Numbered from the stretch's first letter, positions 36,389-47,383 are shown. The stretch is 64,000 nucleotides of DNA from Bythopirellula sp. (GCA_965216565.1 OZ244170.1:3808001-3872000), one strand, 5' to 3'. A program made the numbers and translations. The notes: generated from the sequence alone by a model not told the origin.

Positions 36389-38494
36389 TTATTTCTTCGC
36401 ACGTTTTCCTCGGCGACCGCCTTTGCCGCCACCTCCACCGTTTCCGCGGCCAAAGGATTTCGAGGACTTATTGCTACTTAGCGAGCGAGAACGGCTCCGA
36501 TTGCCGCCACTGCTGCTGTTCGCAGAAGAGGTACGCCCACTGCGAATGCGTGAAGTCGCTTGTCCACTGGATTGCTGTGAAAAACTGCGCAATCGCGATT
36601 TCGGCTGCGAAGACTTCTTGCTCGTCGACTGCTGCGGACTCTGGCCCCGCACGATATCGCGACGACGTTGTAGGTTCCCGCTATTGGAGTTGCCGCTGAA
36701 ACTCCGTTGTTGGGATAGGGCCTGCTGCGAATTCGAGTTGCTCTGTTGAGATTTTCTCTTAGCTCGATAGGCCTCCATGCGCTGCTGCCATTGTTGCGTA
36801 CGATTGCCCTCAGCCTGGGATGATCGAATTCGGTTCGACTCCTCCTGTTGCTGTGCGAGCTGACGCAATCGAGCCCGACTCGATTCGCTTGCACGCAGCC
36901 TACCTTGATCGGCAGACTTCCGAGGCTGGAAGCGTTCCCGCTCTTCCTGGTCGGCCAATTCCTCACCGGACACGATCGATCTTGAACGCGAGCCGTTGCT
37001 ACGTTGCAGAGTGCCGCGTTTGGCTTCCGAGTCGCTGTTGCCTGAACTAAGCGTCCGGCGCTGGATGTACTGTCGCACACGATCGCTGGAACTTTCGCTT
37101 TTTGCTGTGGTCTGACTCCGTCCCGCTCCGCCGGTGCCACCACCCTGGCCGCGGCCTTGGCCACGATCATTCACGACTGTTGCTCGGTCCCGCTCGCGGG
37201 TCCGGCCTTCATTCCGACCACGGGCCTCGTCCCGACCGCGATCCCCCTCGCGGGTACGCTCCCTACCGATATCTTGATTAAGCAAGGTTCCCTCGCCACG
37301 ATTCCGACGACTTATGCTCCCTACTTCACCAAGCAACGTCCGACCACCGTCACCGCCCCCTCGTTTTCGAGTGACTTCGGTGAGTCGGCGCTCGACACTC
37401 TTGCGGCGCTCGGCGACAAGCTCAGCTTGATTGAGTTTGCGGAGCTTCATATCGCTCTTTCCTTTGCGATGAAAATCGTGCGCACCGACGATCAAATCGC
37501 GACCTGAGGACCGGTGGCCTGCATGATGGCCTTTCCCTTTTCCGCCATGACCACGATGCCAAGAGTGATGGGCAAAAATAGGGTCGTAGTATCCGCGGCG
37601 ACCCGCATGGCCGTGACGGCCGTGGTTGTGACCCCAAGGGTGAATCCAGCCTGGACGCCGATTGTGGAAACCATAGTAGTAATGATGGTGGCCGCGATCG
37701 ATGAACAAGTTGGCGAATAGCAACGCCGTGTTGAGTACGCGATGTGGCCGATAATAGTGATGGGCAAATCCCACGTGACGGGTTCGCCAATAGACCGGCG
37801 CGTAGAGCAGTCCGCGACGAACCACGGGATAATCCCAATAGCCACCGACGTAAACGTGACCTCGCGGCGTGCAACTATAGTGGCTTGGTACCCACACCCA
37901 GTCGGGTCGGGCCTGGTACCAATACCCAGCTTGCCACGCATAAGTATTATTCGACCAGCGCCAAGTGCCGGGAGCCCAGATGAAATTCTCACCGGGGGCT
38001 GGACTGGAAGGACCTTGTTCTAGTGTTGCCGGTGGCGCGGGCAGGAATTGATTCTGCTGCAACTCAGCCTCGGTCCAGAAACCGGGGAACCACTGCCAGC
38101 CGCCTGCGACTTGATTCCACTGGCCGGGCACCCAGTTGCGGCCCGGGGGGACATCGCGATAGAAACCGCTTACCCACACAAAATCTTCGCGTTCGGGATC
38201 CCATTGAAAGTAACCACCAATCCATTGCACATTCTGCCCTTCAGGACGAATCTCTGGTGGAAACTCTTCGATCGATAGCGGTGGCTCGCGGGGAATGATC
38301 TCCGTCGGCTGCGCGTCGAGCGCTAGCGGTTCGGCAAAGGCCTCGTGAATGGGACCCTGCTCTAGAACTTGTGGTTCTGGTAATGGTGCCGATTCCGGTG
38401 CGGGCGGTTGCGCAACAACCTGCTGCACCGATAGCACTAGCAATAAAGACGTTAGACTTAACGTGTAACTCATAACTCGATTCATAGATTTCAT
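36389..38494 (-). CDS. Exported YXWGXW-repeat protein with His-rich region and long R/S/G/Q-rich tail
   Basis: GAGGAGG RBS, ATG 38494; signal peptide; GPIHEAFA; WVSGFYR, WVPGQW, WFPGFW, WAPGTW, WQAGYW, YVGGYW repeats. Confidence 0.85.
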   Translation of the reverse strand: MKSMNRVMSYTLSLTSLLLVLSVQQVVAQPPAPESAPLPEPQVLEQGPIHEAFAEPLALDAQPTEIIPREPPLSIEEFPPEIRPEGQNVQWIGGYFQWDPEREDFVWVSGFYRDVPPGRNWVPGQWNQVAGGWQWFPGFWTEAELQQNQFLPAPPATLEQGPSSPAPGENFIWAPGTWRWSNNTYAWQAGYWYQARPDWVWVPSHYSCTPRGHVYVGGYWDYPVVRRGLLYAPVYWRTRHVGFAHHYYRPHRVLNTALLFANLFIDRGHHHYYYGFHNRRPGWIHPWGHNHGRHGHAGRRGYYDPIFAHHSWHRGHGGKGKGHHAGHRSSGRDLIVGAHDFHRKGKSDMKLRKLNQAELVAERRKSVERRLTEVTRKRGGGDGGRTLLGEVGSISRRNRGEGTLLNQDIGRERTREGDRGRDEARGRNEGRTRERDRATVVNDRGQGRGQGGGTGGAGRSQTTAKSESSSDRVRQYIQRRTLSSGNSDSEAKRGTLQRSNGSRSRSIVSGEELADQEERERFQPRKSADQGRLRASESSRARLRQLAQQQEESNRIRSSQAEGNRTQQWQQRMEAYRAKRKSQQSNSNSQQALSQQRSFSGNSNSGNLQRRRDIVRGQSPQQSTSKKSSQPKSRLRSFSQQSSGQATSRIRSGRTSSANSSSGGNRSRSRSLSSNKSSKSFGRGNGGGGGKGGRRGKRAKK

Positions 38495-38557
38495 AGCATT
38501 CCTCCTCACATTCCTCCTCCAAGGCGCTCACCCCGAGCGCAGGCAAAGAGAATTGTA

Positions 38558-38573
38558 TGCATCGCCCGTGCCA
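38558..38573 (-). promoter_or_regulatory. Sigma-54 (-24/-12) promoter
   Basis: TGGCACGGGCGATGCA with canonical GG-N10-GC spacing, ~65 nt upstream of the YXWGXW gene. Confidence 0.7.
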
Positions 38574-38822
38574 AAACTGCCAGCATGTGCTGTTTGACGG
38601 TTCTGGGGCTAGAAATACAGGCTGGAATTGCCATGCGAGCCATGCGCATGGAGCGACAAGGTGTCTCGCTCTCGCGGCGCATGTCGTCAGTTTGTGGCTA
38701 GCATTGTGGCGCCATGTTTAAGAGAACTGCGCGAACTCTTCACCGGATTGATACGTAGCACAGTTCAGAGAGAAGTAAGTGCCACACCGATCGCATCGAT
38801 GCGCCACTTACGATCAGCGCAT

Positions 38823-39060
38823 AAAAAAGCTCCCAGAAAAGCACACGTCCCAGGGGGGCAAAGGACGTTGAAACCTTTCCGGGAGCGATTGGACGCAATT
38901 ACGCTTGCGTGCGGGCGGACATACTAGCGTAGCTGGTATGCCAGGAGTGTGTATCGTAGCGGCGGGAGGCTTCCGTGCCTGCCGCAACCGCTCCGTGGGT
39001 TGATCGACTGATTGAATAAAGACAATCAACCCTTCCACGTGGTCCTGTTAGATCTTCCCC
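38823..39060 (-). ncRNA. Candidate multi-hairpin small RNA ending in an intrinsic terminator
   Basis: Five consecutive hairpins; the last, GCTCCCGGAAAG..CTTTTCTGGGAGC, is followed by T6; no convincing CDS; strand evidence from wobble pairs is mixed. Confidence 0.45.
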
Positions 39061-39361
39061 TATATGCGGTTAAAGTGACTTCCTTGCCAAGTTAGCTCGC
39101 TACACGCTCTGAGATAACTGAGGTTGTTCTTAGCTGAGTTTCGCTTCCGTGCTCGACACAAATTCGTTTCACCACAGCCTTCGTTTCGTTGCGTGGGTCG
39201 GGAGAATATGGCAGGTAAGAATCTCGGTCAAGGTCGGTTCGGAATTCTTTGAAAAAACTTTTTGATTTGCCTGCGTTGCTTTCTTAAGAGTCGCTCTGAC
39301 TTGTATACTCGCCATTGCAAGACCAAATATGTAGTGGGTCTCGTCTCCTCTCTTGCTAGCA

Positions 39362-39823
39362 TTACGCGGCATGATGATCCGTTTGCTGATGAGCCGAATG
39401 AATCCAACCGGCCACTTCGGCGACTGTTGGCGGCGTCATCTCGGCGAGCCAGAGAACATGACGATGTTCTTTGAGTGTGAATTCCACCTCGGCGAGCAGT
39501 TCTGTCGGTGTCGCTTGCGAGAGCTTCTGCGAAGAGCCGTAACCAACTGCTGCCAATACCCGGACGGCCTCGGCTGGCAAATCGGGAATAGCAATCCGGA
39601 GCTCTACCTCACGCTGCCAGGCAGCCACAGACTCGGGAGAAAACCGCTCGTCTTGCAGTTTGGTAGCTAACCTCTCGGGGCATACCTCAATCAACTGCTC
39701 TGCAGTGCGAATGCCCAATCGCAGTAGCCGCCCTGCGATGCGCGGACCGAGCCCCAAAACATCGGCGACGTTGCTATGCTGGTTCCACGGCGTCATGGCA
39801 GCGGATGATACAGCTCGCCGCAT
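39362..39823 (-). CDS. DUF4332-like helix-hairpin-helix protein
   Basis: VLGLGPRIAGRLLRLGIRTAEQL, WQREVELRIAIP, PTVAEVAGWI. Confidence 0.75.
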   Translation of the reverse strand: MRRAVSSAAMTPWNQHSNVADVLGLGPRIAGRLLRLGIRTAEQLIEVCPERLATKLQDERFSPESVAAWQREVELRIAIPDLPAEAVRVLAAVGYGSSQKLSQATPTELLAEVEFTLKEHRHVLWLAEMTPPTVAEVAGWIHSAHQQTDHHAA

Positions 39824-39999
39824 TTAGCGCGAAGAGTAAATCCAAGTGCTAGCCGTGACTCGCAATTTACCCGCCGTGGTGGGAGTCGCTGGGAATATGT
39901 GAACGCAACCGCTGCAACGGTCATGCATGCGAGCAAGTGATGAATCCGCAGCGGGGGCAGTTCTCTATTTGCATCGCCAGGAAAGAAGGGCTCGCTCAC
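39793..39999 (-). pseudogene. N-terminal fragment of a membrane protein
   Basis: GTG start coupled to the upstream TGA; LRIHHLLACMTVAAVAF leader/TM segment, then abrupt loss of plausible sequence. Confidence 0.35.
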
Positions 40000-40336
40000 C
40001 GCTGTAGCCCGTCGCCCTCCGCCCAGAAGTCGGCCAGATTAATGGAGAGTTCCGATAGACGTGGCGACCATCGTTGTTAATGAAGAAGTCGAACTGCTGG
40101 GCCGCTGCTGCCCGACCGTCTGTCCTACGTATAACATGTAATAGATACTCAGAAAGCAGCGCAGAGACTGTTTGGTGGAAGGTCGTTCGCGAACTTGACT
40201 TTATCAACCTTCCCTGGATCAGTTCCACAGGTGCACCTTCGGGCAAACGCCAATAATCGTCCGCCGAATACGGGCCGGGCGTCGAGGGTGGCGAGAACCC
40301 AGGCAAAGGTTCGAATTGCGGCGTGTCGAGGCTCAT
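39996..40336 (-). pseudogene. Uma2-family endonuclease remnant (internal deletion and frameshift)
   Basis: YSADDYWRLPEGAPVELIQGRL..HQTVS N-terminus; the PD..EVxS..K..EYW core is absent; C-terminal LSINLADFWAE lies in another frame ending at TGA 39996. Confidence 0.75.
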
Positions 40337-41775
40337 GGCTGTATTGTAACCGAGGCGACGCCTCCCAGGCCAGCGTTTTCACGGCCCTCCGCATTCTGTT
40401 TGATATGCTCCAGCACTCGCACGTGGATGCGATGCACTAACCAATCGGTCCACAATGTCCAGTATGCATGCGGATAAATCTTGAGCTCGTACCAAGTGCT
40501 GCCTTCCAATCGCGTTTGGCCATCGGGAAGTTCGATCAATCGAAACTCGCCGCGGGTGCTGCGGAACGAACCCTTTAAGTGCGGCGGGTGAATGTGACGG
40601 TATGGCGTGAGTTCGAACATCGGCTCAGGCTGTTCGGTCACGTCAAATGCCAATCGGTGCGGCGCGTTCCACACGGTGATCGGCTCGACGAAGGCACCGG
40701 TGGTGAACTCACAATGTCGCACGGCACCGACGCCCTGCCCTTCAATCGTGGCTCGTAGAGGGGCAGCGATGCCTAGCCGAAAAAACCACTCGGGCTCGGC
40801 GGTGATCTCCGGGAAGCCGATCACACTTTGCCAAACTTCTTCCGGTGGGGCATCGATAGTGACTGCCGACGTCATGACGAACGTATGTTCGTCTGGCAAA
40901 AACCCTTCGGCAAACGAAAACATCGGCAATGCCAGGCAGCTCATCGTCAGTGCTTTGTTCAGCGGTCGGCGCAGTTCGGCCATGGCCTTACCAACCAATC
41001 CACCACAAATTCCTAGCGGCACCATAATTGGTGCTGCCATAAAAATGCACACGACACCCTCAATGGCGAATAGCAAGAGGCCAAAGCCGATCATGAACAC
41101 GGCTCCTGCGGCGACACCCATAGAGGGCCATGTGCCGCGAGGCTCGCGGAGGTTAAACAGATAAGCTGAAGCAACTCCAGCGATGAATGGCGTGCCGAAA
41201 AACATCACTACGCCATAGCTTTCCCAGAGGGCACTGGCCTGGATCATCGTCGTGCCATAGAGGGCTGCTATGGCAATGCCACCCAGCGCCGAGGTCATCC
41301 ACGCCTTGGATTGGCTTGTTTTCTGAGTATGCAACTCCTCCTTGAGCTGTTGGTTGAAACGCTCGCGTGTCGGCAATCCAACTAAAATCAACATCACGAG
41401 GATGTTGATCACCGGCAGCAAGATAAAGATGGCAAGGGTAGGCCGCTGGCCTGCATCAATGGCGCGGCGAACAGACATCGCCACTGCTATCCATAGAAAC
41501 GGCAGCGTCCAGAGTATCCAAGCCATTCCCAGCCACGCGGGCCCATTGTCCGTAAATCGCGAGCGTCCCGTCATGGTGGGATTCAGAAAATCGAGTGGCG
41601 TGAATATTTCATCGGTCACCAATGCGATCACGATAAACTCGACCACAAACTTCACTGCCATCAAGCCAAAGCCAACTATTGCGTACGTCTTGCGACTGAC
41701 TGGCTGGGAGAGCCCAAAGATGGTTTTCAGCAAGTCGGTTCTTTTCGCGTAAGAAGCCATGGCGATGAGTTCCAT
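40333..41775 (-). CDS. DUF805-like multi-TM protein fused to a C-terminal SRPBCC domain
   Basis: SVRRAIDAG..LPVINILVMLILVGLP; VTIDAPPEEVWQ..GVGAVRHCEF..EPITVW..RLAFDV. Confidence 0.8.
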   Translation of the reverse strand: MELIAMASYAKRTDLLKTIFGLSQPVSRKTYAIVGFGLMAVKFVVEFIVIALVTDEIFTPLDFLNPTMTGRSRFTDNGPAWLGMAWILWTLPFLWIAVAMSVRRAIDAGQRPTLAIFILLPVINILVMLILVGLPTRERFNQQLKEELHTQKTSQSKAWMTSALGGIAIAALYGTTMIQASALWESYGVVMFFGTPFIAGVASAYLFNLREPRGTWPSMGVAAGAVFMIGFGLLLFAIEGVVCIFMAAPIMVPLGICGGLVGKAMAELRRPLNKALTMSCLALPMFSFAEGFLPDEHTFVMTSAVTIDAPPEEVWQSVIGFPEITAEPEWFFRLGIAAPLRATIEGQGVGAVRHCEFTTGAFVEPITVWNAPHRLAFDVTEQPEPMFELTPYRHIHPPHLKGSFRSTRGEFRLIELPDGQTRLEGSTWYELKIYPHAYWTLWTDWLVHRIHVRVLEHIKQNAEGRENAGLGGVASVTIQP

Positions 41776-41926
41776 TCGATTTGCTAAAGCAAGAAATAGC
41801 CACTGAGATCACCGAGCACAGAGAGAACCTAATACGCTTTGCAATTACCGGCGCGAGCATCTCCTCTAAGCGCCTCTGCGGCTTTGCGGGATATCTAGAA
41901 AACTACTTCTTAGGCAGAATTGAGCG

Positions 41927-44900
41927 TTAAGTGGCAGGGACACCGGCTTCGGCGAACCGTTCTTGCAGCGCTTGGACCTGCATGTCTGTGTCCCGCAAAG
42001 CCTCGAGCGCTTTAACTGCCGCGGTGGCCGCTTCGATGGTCGTCAGGCACGGGACGCCGGCACTTACCGCTGCGGCGCGGATGCGGCCCTCATCGGTACG
42101 GGCGCCTTTGCCACTCGGTTTGTTCATGACCAAGTCGACTTGGCCATCTTTCAGAAAATCGATGAGATTCGGATGACCCTCGCGGATCTTTTTAACTCGC
42201 TGAGTCGGAATGCCTTCGCCAGCAAGTACCTTGGCGGTCCCTTCGCTGGAGAGCAATGAGTACCCCATGGCGTGCAGGCGACGAGCCAAGTCGACAATTT
42301 GCGGCTTCGCTTTGTCGGCGACGCTCACAAACACTTTGCCTTCCATGGGAAGCACGGTCCCGGCTGCTAATTGGCTTTTAGCAAACGCCATGCTAAACCG
42401 AGGACTGGTGCCCATCACTTCGCCGGTTGAACGCATCTCGGGGCCGAGCACGATGTCGACTCCGGTGAATTTGATAAACGGTAACACACTTTCCTTCACC
42501 GAAACATGGCTCGGTACGGGATCCTCGGTCACGCCCTGCTCGGCAAGCGAAACACCGGCCATCACTTTAGCGGCAATCTTGGCAACGGGCATGCCGGTCG
42601 CCTTGGCAACAAACGGAACGGTGCGGCTCGCACGGGGATTCACTTCGATGACATATAGTGTGGGGCCATCTTCTTCATCGCGAACAGCAAACTGGACATT
42701 CATCAGGCCGATGACGTTCAATTCTCGTGCCATCGCCACCGTCGCGGAGCGAACTTCTTGGACCATCGGTCCAGACAAACTGTAAGGCGGAATAGCACAA
42801 GCCGAATCTCCCGAGTGAACACCCGCTTCCTCAATATGTTCCATAATGCCGGGCACAATGACGTCGGTACCATCGCTCACCGCGTCGACATCCACTTCGA
42901 TCGCACTTTCTAGGAAGCGATCGAGCAAAACGGGTTGGCCCTGAGCGGCGACAAACGCCTCGGCCACGAATTTTTCTAATTGCGACTTATCGTAGCAAAT
43001 CTCCATCGCCCGACCGCCCAAGACAAAACTAGGTCGCACCAGCAGCGGGTAGCCAATCTGTTCGGCTATGCGACGGGCCTGATCCATGGTGCGTGCAATG
43101 CCATTGGCTGGCTGACGCAAGCCGAGTCGCTCGAGCAGCTGTTGGAATTTCTCGCGGTCTTCGGCCGCTTCGATGGCATCGACACTGGTACCGATGATTG
43201 GCACGCCAGCATTCTTCAAAGCACGGGCGAGGTTGAGCGGCGTTTGTCCGCCAAACTGCACGATCACCCCATCGGGCTGAACCCGATCGCAAATGTTGAG
43301 TACGTCCTCCACGGTAAGCGGCTCGAAAAACAGCATATCGCTGGTGTCGTAGTCGGTGCTTACGGTTTCCGGATTTGAATTGACCATCACCGATTTGATG
43401 CCCATTTCGCGGAGCGCGAAGCTGGCATGGCAGCAGCAGTAGTCGAATTCGATACCTTGGCCAATCCGATTCGGCCCGCCGCCAAGAATCATGATCCGCT
43501 TTTCACCCGGCTCCTTGGGCGGAGTCTCGTCTTCCAATTCGTATGTGGAATAGTAGTACGGGGTGTAAGCCTCAAATTCTGCAGCACAGGTGTCGACAGA
43601 TTTGAATGTAGAGACGATGCCCAGTTCGATCCGTCGCTTGCGGACGGTTATTTGTGCGATGTCAAAAATGATTGCCAATTGTCGATCGGAAAAGCCCTGC
43701 CGCTTGGCCGTCCGCAATAATTCCGGCGAGAGCACCGCAAAGCTCTTACACTCCCGCAGCCGATCTTCGGTTTCGACGATTTCCAGCAGGTTATCCAAGA
43801 ACCAAGGGTCGATCCCAGTCAATTCAAAGATCTCTTCGACAGTCATGCCAAACTTGAGTGCGTAGCGCAAATACCACACGCGCTCGGGGCAGGGTCGCGA
43901 GAGCTTTTCGCGAATCTCCGCTTCTTCGGGACGCTCATCGCCGTACCATAAATCGGAGCCATCGGAGCCAAAACCAAAACTGCCGACTTCCAGTCCGCGC
44001 AGAGCTTTTTGGAACGATTCCTTGAACGTACTGCCAATGGCCATTGTTTCGCCAACGCTTTTCATTTGTGTTGTTAGCGTGTCATCAGCATCTGGGAATT
44101 TCTCGAAGGCAAACCGGGGGATTTTTGTGACGACGTAGTCGATCGAAGGTTCGAAGCAGGCCTTCGTCTCGCGGGTGATGTCGTTGGGCAGCTCATGCAA
44201 TCGATAGCCGACGGCCAGTTTGGCAGCAATCTTGGCGATCGGGAAACCGGTCGCCTTGGAAGCCAGGGCACTGGAACGGCTTACCCGTGGGTTCATCTCG
44301 ATGACAATCATCCGGCCATCGTCGGGATTGATCGCAAACTGAATGTTTGAACCGCCCGTTTCGACTCCGATCTCGCGAATCACCGCCAGGCTGGCATCGC
44401 GCATTCTTTGATACTCTTTATCGGAAAGAGTTTGAGCCGGGGCCACGGTGATCGAATCGCCCGTGTGAACGCCCATGGGATCAAAATTTTCGATGGCGCA
44501 GATAATCACAACGTTGTCGTCGACATCGCGCATCACCTCCATCTCGTATTCTTTCCAACCAATGATCGATTCTTCGATCAACACTTCCGTGGTGGGAGAA
44601 AGATCGAGACCGCGCTGCACAAGCTCATCGTACTCCTGCCGGTTGTACGCAATCGAAGAACCACTGCCGCCCATGGTGAAGCTGGGCCGCACAACTGCCG
44701 GCAATCCTATCTCGGCGACCCACTCACGCGCTTCGGCGAGGGTTGTTAGTGTTTTGCCGCGACAGACGTCCAGGCCAATCTTACCCATCGCCTGCTTAAA
44801 TCGCTCGCGACTCTCGGCCTTGTCGATCACGTCGGCCTTGGCACCAATCATTTCGACACCATACTTTTCCAGCACACCCTGCTTTTCCAAATCGATGGCG

Positions 44901-45193
44901 ACGTTCAATCCCGTCTGCCCACCCAGGGTGGGCAATAGAGCGTCGGGGCGTTCTGCCTCGATCACCCTGGCAACCATTTCCCACGTAAGTGGTTCGATGT
45001 AGGTGCGATCAGCGGTCGACGGATCGGTCATAATCGTCGCCGGGTTGCTGTTCACCAGCACCACTTCATAGCCTTCCTCGCGGAGGGCTTTGCACGCCTG
45101 GGTACCGGAATAGTCAAACTCGCAGGCTTGGCCAATAACAATCGGTCCAGAGCCAATGATCAGAATGCGGTGAATGTCGTCTCGTCGAGGCAC
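41927..45193 (-). CDS. carB: Carbamoyl-phosphate synthase large subunit
   Basis: [55 protein letters not shown] domain. Confidence 0.98.
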   Translation of the reverse strand: MPRRDDIHRILIIGSGPIVIGQACEFDYSGTQACKALREEGYEVVLVNSNPATIMTDPSTADRTYIEPLTWEMVARVIEAERPDALLPTLGGQTGLNVAIDLEKQGVLEKYGVEMIGAKADVIDKAESRERFKQAMGKIGLDVCRGKTLTTLAEAREWVAEIGLPAVVRPSFTMGGSGSSIAYNRQEYDELVQRGLDLSPTTEVLIEESIIGWKEYEMEVMRDVDDNVVIICAIENFDPMGVHTGDSITVAPAQTLSDKEYQRMRDASLAVIREIGVETGGSNIQFAINPDDGRMIVIEMNPRVSRSSALASKATGFPIAKIAAKLAVGYRLHELPNDITRETKACFEPSIDYVVTKIPRFAFEKFPDADDTLTTQMKSVGETMAIGSTFKESFQKALRGLEVGSFGFGSDGSDLWYGDERPEEAEIREKLSRPCPERVWYLRYALKFGMTVEEIFELTGIDPWFLDNLLEIVETEDRLRECKSFAVLSPELLRTAKRQGFSDRQLAIIFDIAQITVRKRRIELGIVSTFKSVDTCAAEFEAYTPYYYSTYELEDETPPKEPGEKRIMILGGGPNRIGQGIEFDYCCCHASFALREMGIKSVMVNSNPETVSTDYDTSDMLFFEPLTVEDVLNICDRVQPDGVIVQFGGQTPLNLARALKNAGVPIIGTSVDAIEAAEDREKFQQLLERLGLRQPANGIARTMDQARRIAEQIGYPLLVRPSFVLGGRAMEICYDKSQLEKFVAEAFVAAQGQPVLLDRFLESAIEVDVDAVSDGTDVIVPGIMEHIEEAGVHSGDSACAIPPYSLSGPMVQEVRSATVAMARELNVIGLMNVQFAVRDEEDGPTLYVIEVNPRASRTVPFVAKATGMPVAKIAAKVMAGVSLAEQGVTEDPVPSHVSVKESVLPFIKFTGVDIVLGPEMRSTGEVMGTSPRFSMAFAKSQLAAGTVLPMEGKVFVSVADKAKPQIVDLARRLHAMGYSLLSSEGTAKVLAGEGIPTQRVKKIREGHPNLIDFLKDGQVDLVMNKPSGKGARTDEGRIRAAAVSAGVPCLTTIEAATAAVKALEALRDTDMQVQALQERFAEAGVPAT

Positions 45194-45504
45194 GGTACAG
45201 GCTTGAGGTTAGAGACTATAGGCTGGAGCTACGGCCAACGACTGCGATTTGGAGTTTACCCGCCAGAGCGAGCATCGCCGGTTGAGGCCGAAAACGCTAG
45301 TAAAATCGCTCTATCGTATCGCGCCATTCGGCTTGGCTTCAAGTAGGTAGATTCGTCTGGACTCTTGAATGGCCCAGGCGATTCAGACCAGATCTGCCGG
45401 GCCTCAGGCTACCGCTTCCTGCTGCAAACGCTTATCATTCATAGACTGTTCCACTCGAAAAAAAGCTCGATAAAATACTGGTCTGCATTGGCTGCAGCAC
45501 ACGG

Positions 45505-46611
45505 ATGACCATGCATGGAAACATTCTCAGGACGCGCCGCCAGCAAGCTGGGCTCGGCTTGCGGACATTCGCCGGCCTGATCGATCAACGCGCGTCCACC
45601 GTGAGTGCCATCGAGTCGGGTCGCCGCCCGGCATGGCGGGATCGCTCGCTCCAAGAGCGCATTGGTCATGTCTTAGGCAATTCTGGAAAAGTCGACTCAC
45701 AGGACTCTGTGGGCCATTTGGCATCCGAACCAAAATCTGCCCTCGGCGACGAACTCACAGCGAATGCCAGTCAGATTGGGTGCTGGTGGTCGAGCGAGGC
45801 GGCGGCCAGCTTGCAGCCCCTGGATGTCGCAGCGCTGACGAGTTTTTTACAACTTGTGCCATCCCTGCCGAGCGAATCGACTATCCAGCCGGAACCGCAA
45901 TGGCCCCAGCGTACCGAACTCACCATTGAATGGGAGGTTGGCAAACTACTGGGGAAACAAAGTCGGCAGCTCTCGGCCGCGCCAGTCGACGTCGAATCCA
46001 TCCTTGAGACACGCGCTGGACTGAGGCTGGAGATCGTCGCGGGCTTAATTCCTCACTTTAGTGTCGAGGCCTGCATCATTGAGACGCACGGAACCGCCAC
46101 TTTGTATGTCGATCGGATTTTTGCCGATAGCCGACCGTTCGCCTGTTACCGTCAGCTCCTTGCCAGGTGTGCGGCATTGTGGTTGCTAAACACCGGCTCA
46201 CCGAAAGATTCGGGCTCTGTCCCGCACTTCTCCGCTCTGCGAATGAGTCAATACTGGCCTCAAGTGCTTCGCGATTGCGAGCGTTTTGCACTGGCCCTCA
46301 TGCTGCCTGCCACACCTACCTTGGGTGCCGCCAAAGCTGTGTATCGAGAACTAGTAATCAATGAAGGCTGGGTAGAATTCGATGTCGCTTCTCGAACTAT
46401 CCGCAATCGTCTTGCCGAACAGTTTGCCGTACCACCCGCTCTGGTGCAGCGTCGGCTCATGGGTTGGCCCTGCCATCTGTATGGCCGTGTGGCTCAAGCC
46501 TTGGCGGCAGAAGAAATCACACTGCCACCTACCGATTGGTTCGTTGAAGCCCAGCCTGAACGGCAGCGATTACTGTTTGAGCTAAGCAGTGAATCAACCC
46601 GCGAGTCGTGA
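45505..46611 (+). CDS. XRE-family HTH fused to a degenerate ImmA/IrrE-like domain
   Basis: LRTRRQQAGLGLRTFA..STVSAIESGRR; PVDVESIL, CERFALALMLP, LAEQFAV..VQRRL; no HExxH. Confidence 0.7.
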   Translation: MTMHGNILRTRRQQAGLGLRTFAGLIDQRASTVSAIESGRRPAWRDRSLQERIGHVLGNSGKVDSQDSVGHLASEPKSALGDELTANASQIGCWWSSEAAASLQPLDVAALTSFLQLVPSLPSESTIQPEPQWPQRTELTIEWEVGKLLGKQSRQLSAAPVDVESILETRAGLRLEIVAGLIPHFSVEACIIETHGTATLYVDRIFADSRPFACYRQLLARCAALWLLNTGSPKDSGSVPHFSALRMSQYWPQVLRDCERFALALMLPATPTLGAAKAVYRELVINEGWVEFDVASRTIRNRLAEQFAVPPALVQRRLMGWPCHLYGRVAQALAAEEITLPPTDWFVEAQPERQRLLFELSSESTRES

Positions 46612-46630
46612 GTCTTGACCAATAAAACAC

Positions 46631-47383
46631 TCACCACTCTCCCAATCCAATTAAGAATTCGAGCCGAACTTCTGTATCGTCAAAGTCGGAGCCGATACCG
46701 AAAGAGGTGAAGAAGTTGTCGTTGCACCAATAAGTGAAATAAGTGGTGACGAACAGGTGATCGTCAACTAAATCATCTAAATTCAAGTCTTCCAGTGAGT
46801 CGCCTGATTCGATTTGGGGTCGGATCGAAAAGCGCTCATGTGGCTTCCATTCGAATCCAGCGACAAAACTAACATTGGCTTGATCTTCCGTTGCTGAATC
46901 CGATACAGCAGCGATACTGGCCCTGGCAGTTGCTTTGCTGTATCCGATGCCAATTCCAGCAAAGGGATCGATGGTGCCTTCCGGAAGCAGGTGTTTATTC
47001 AATTGCAGGGTGAATGAGGTAACATCTAAATCAAATTCGACAGGCACAGTGCCAACCGTCGTACTGCCGTCGAACCAATCAGATCCCACCTCTGCATGGA
47101 AGTCTAATGTCTCACTGAGTGGCAGATTTCCCATTAGCCTCACCCCATAACTCCAGTCATTTAGCGTCTTGAGGGTTTCGTCGTTGGGGCTCGACATACC
47201 GAAATTGAAGCCAACATATTTTCTGCCAAGCAGACCTTGGCCCATGGCAGTCGAATTCTGCCACAGCATCAGGAGCAGAAGACAAGTTAGAAGTCTCAGA
47301 AGACCCGAATGTCGCTTGGTATCAGTCGCAGAGCTAGCCTTTCTATCTTGGCCGAATGCCATCGATAGCTTTGAATTGGACAT
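46631..47383 (-). CDS. Outer-membrane beta-barrel protein
   Basis: Signal peptide; amphipathic strands, IDPFAGIGIGYS, AGFEW; aromatic C-terminus. Confidence 0.75.
   Translation of the reverse strand: MSNSKLSMAFGQDRKASSATDTKRHSGLLRLLTCLLLLMLWQNSTAMGQGLLGRKYVGFNFGMSSPNDETLKTLNDWSYGVRLMGNLPLSETLDFHAEVGSDWFDGSTTVGTVPVEFDLDVTSFTLQLNKHLLPEGTIDPFAGIGIGYSKATARASIAAVSDSATEDQANVSFVAGFEWKPHERFSIRPQIESGDSLEDLNLDDLVDDHLFVTTYFTYWCNDNFFTSFGIGSDFDDTEVRLEFLIGLGEW

Noticed and set aside
38814..39038. 74-aa ORF across the hairpin cluster
   Set aside because: It runs through the terminator hairpin and has no recognisable features. An RNA-level explanation fits better, though a peptide is not excluded.
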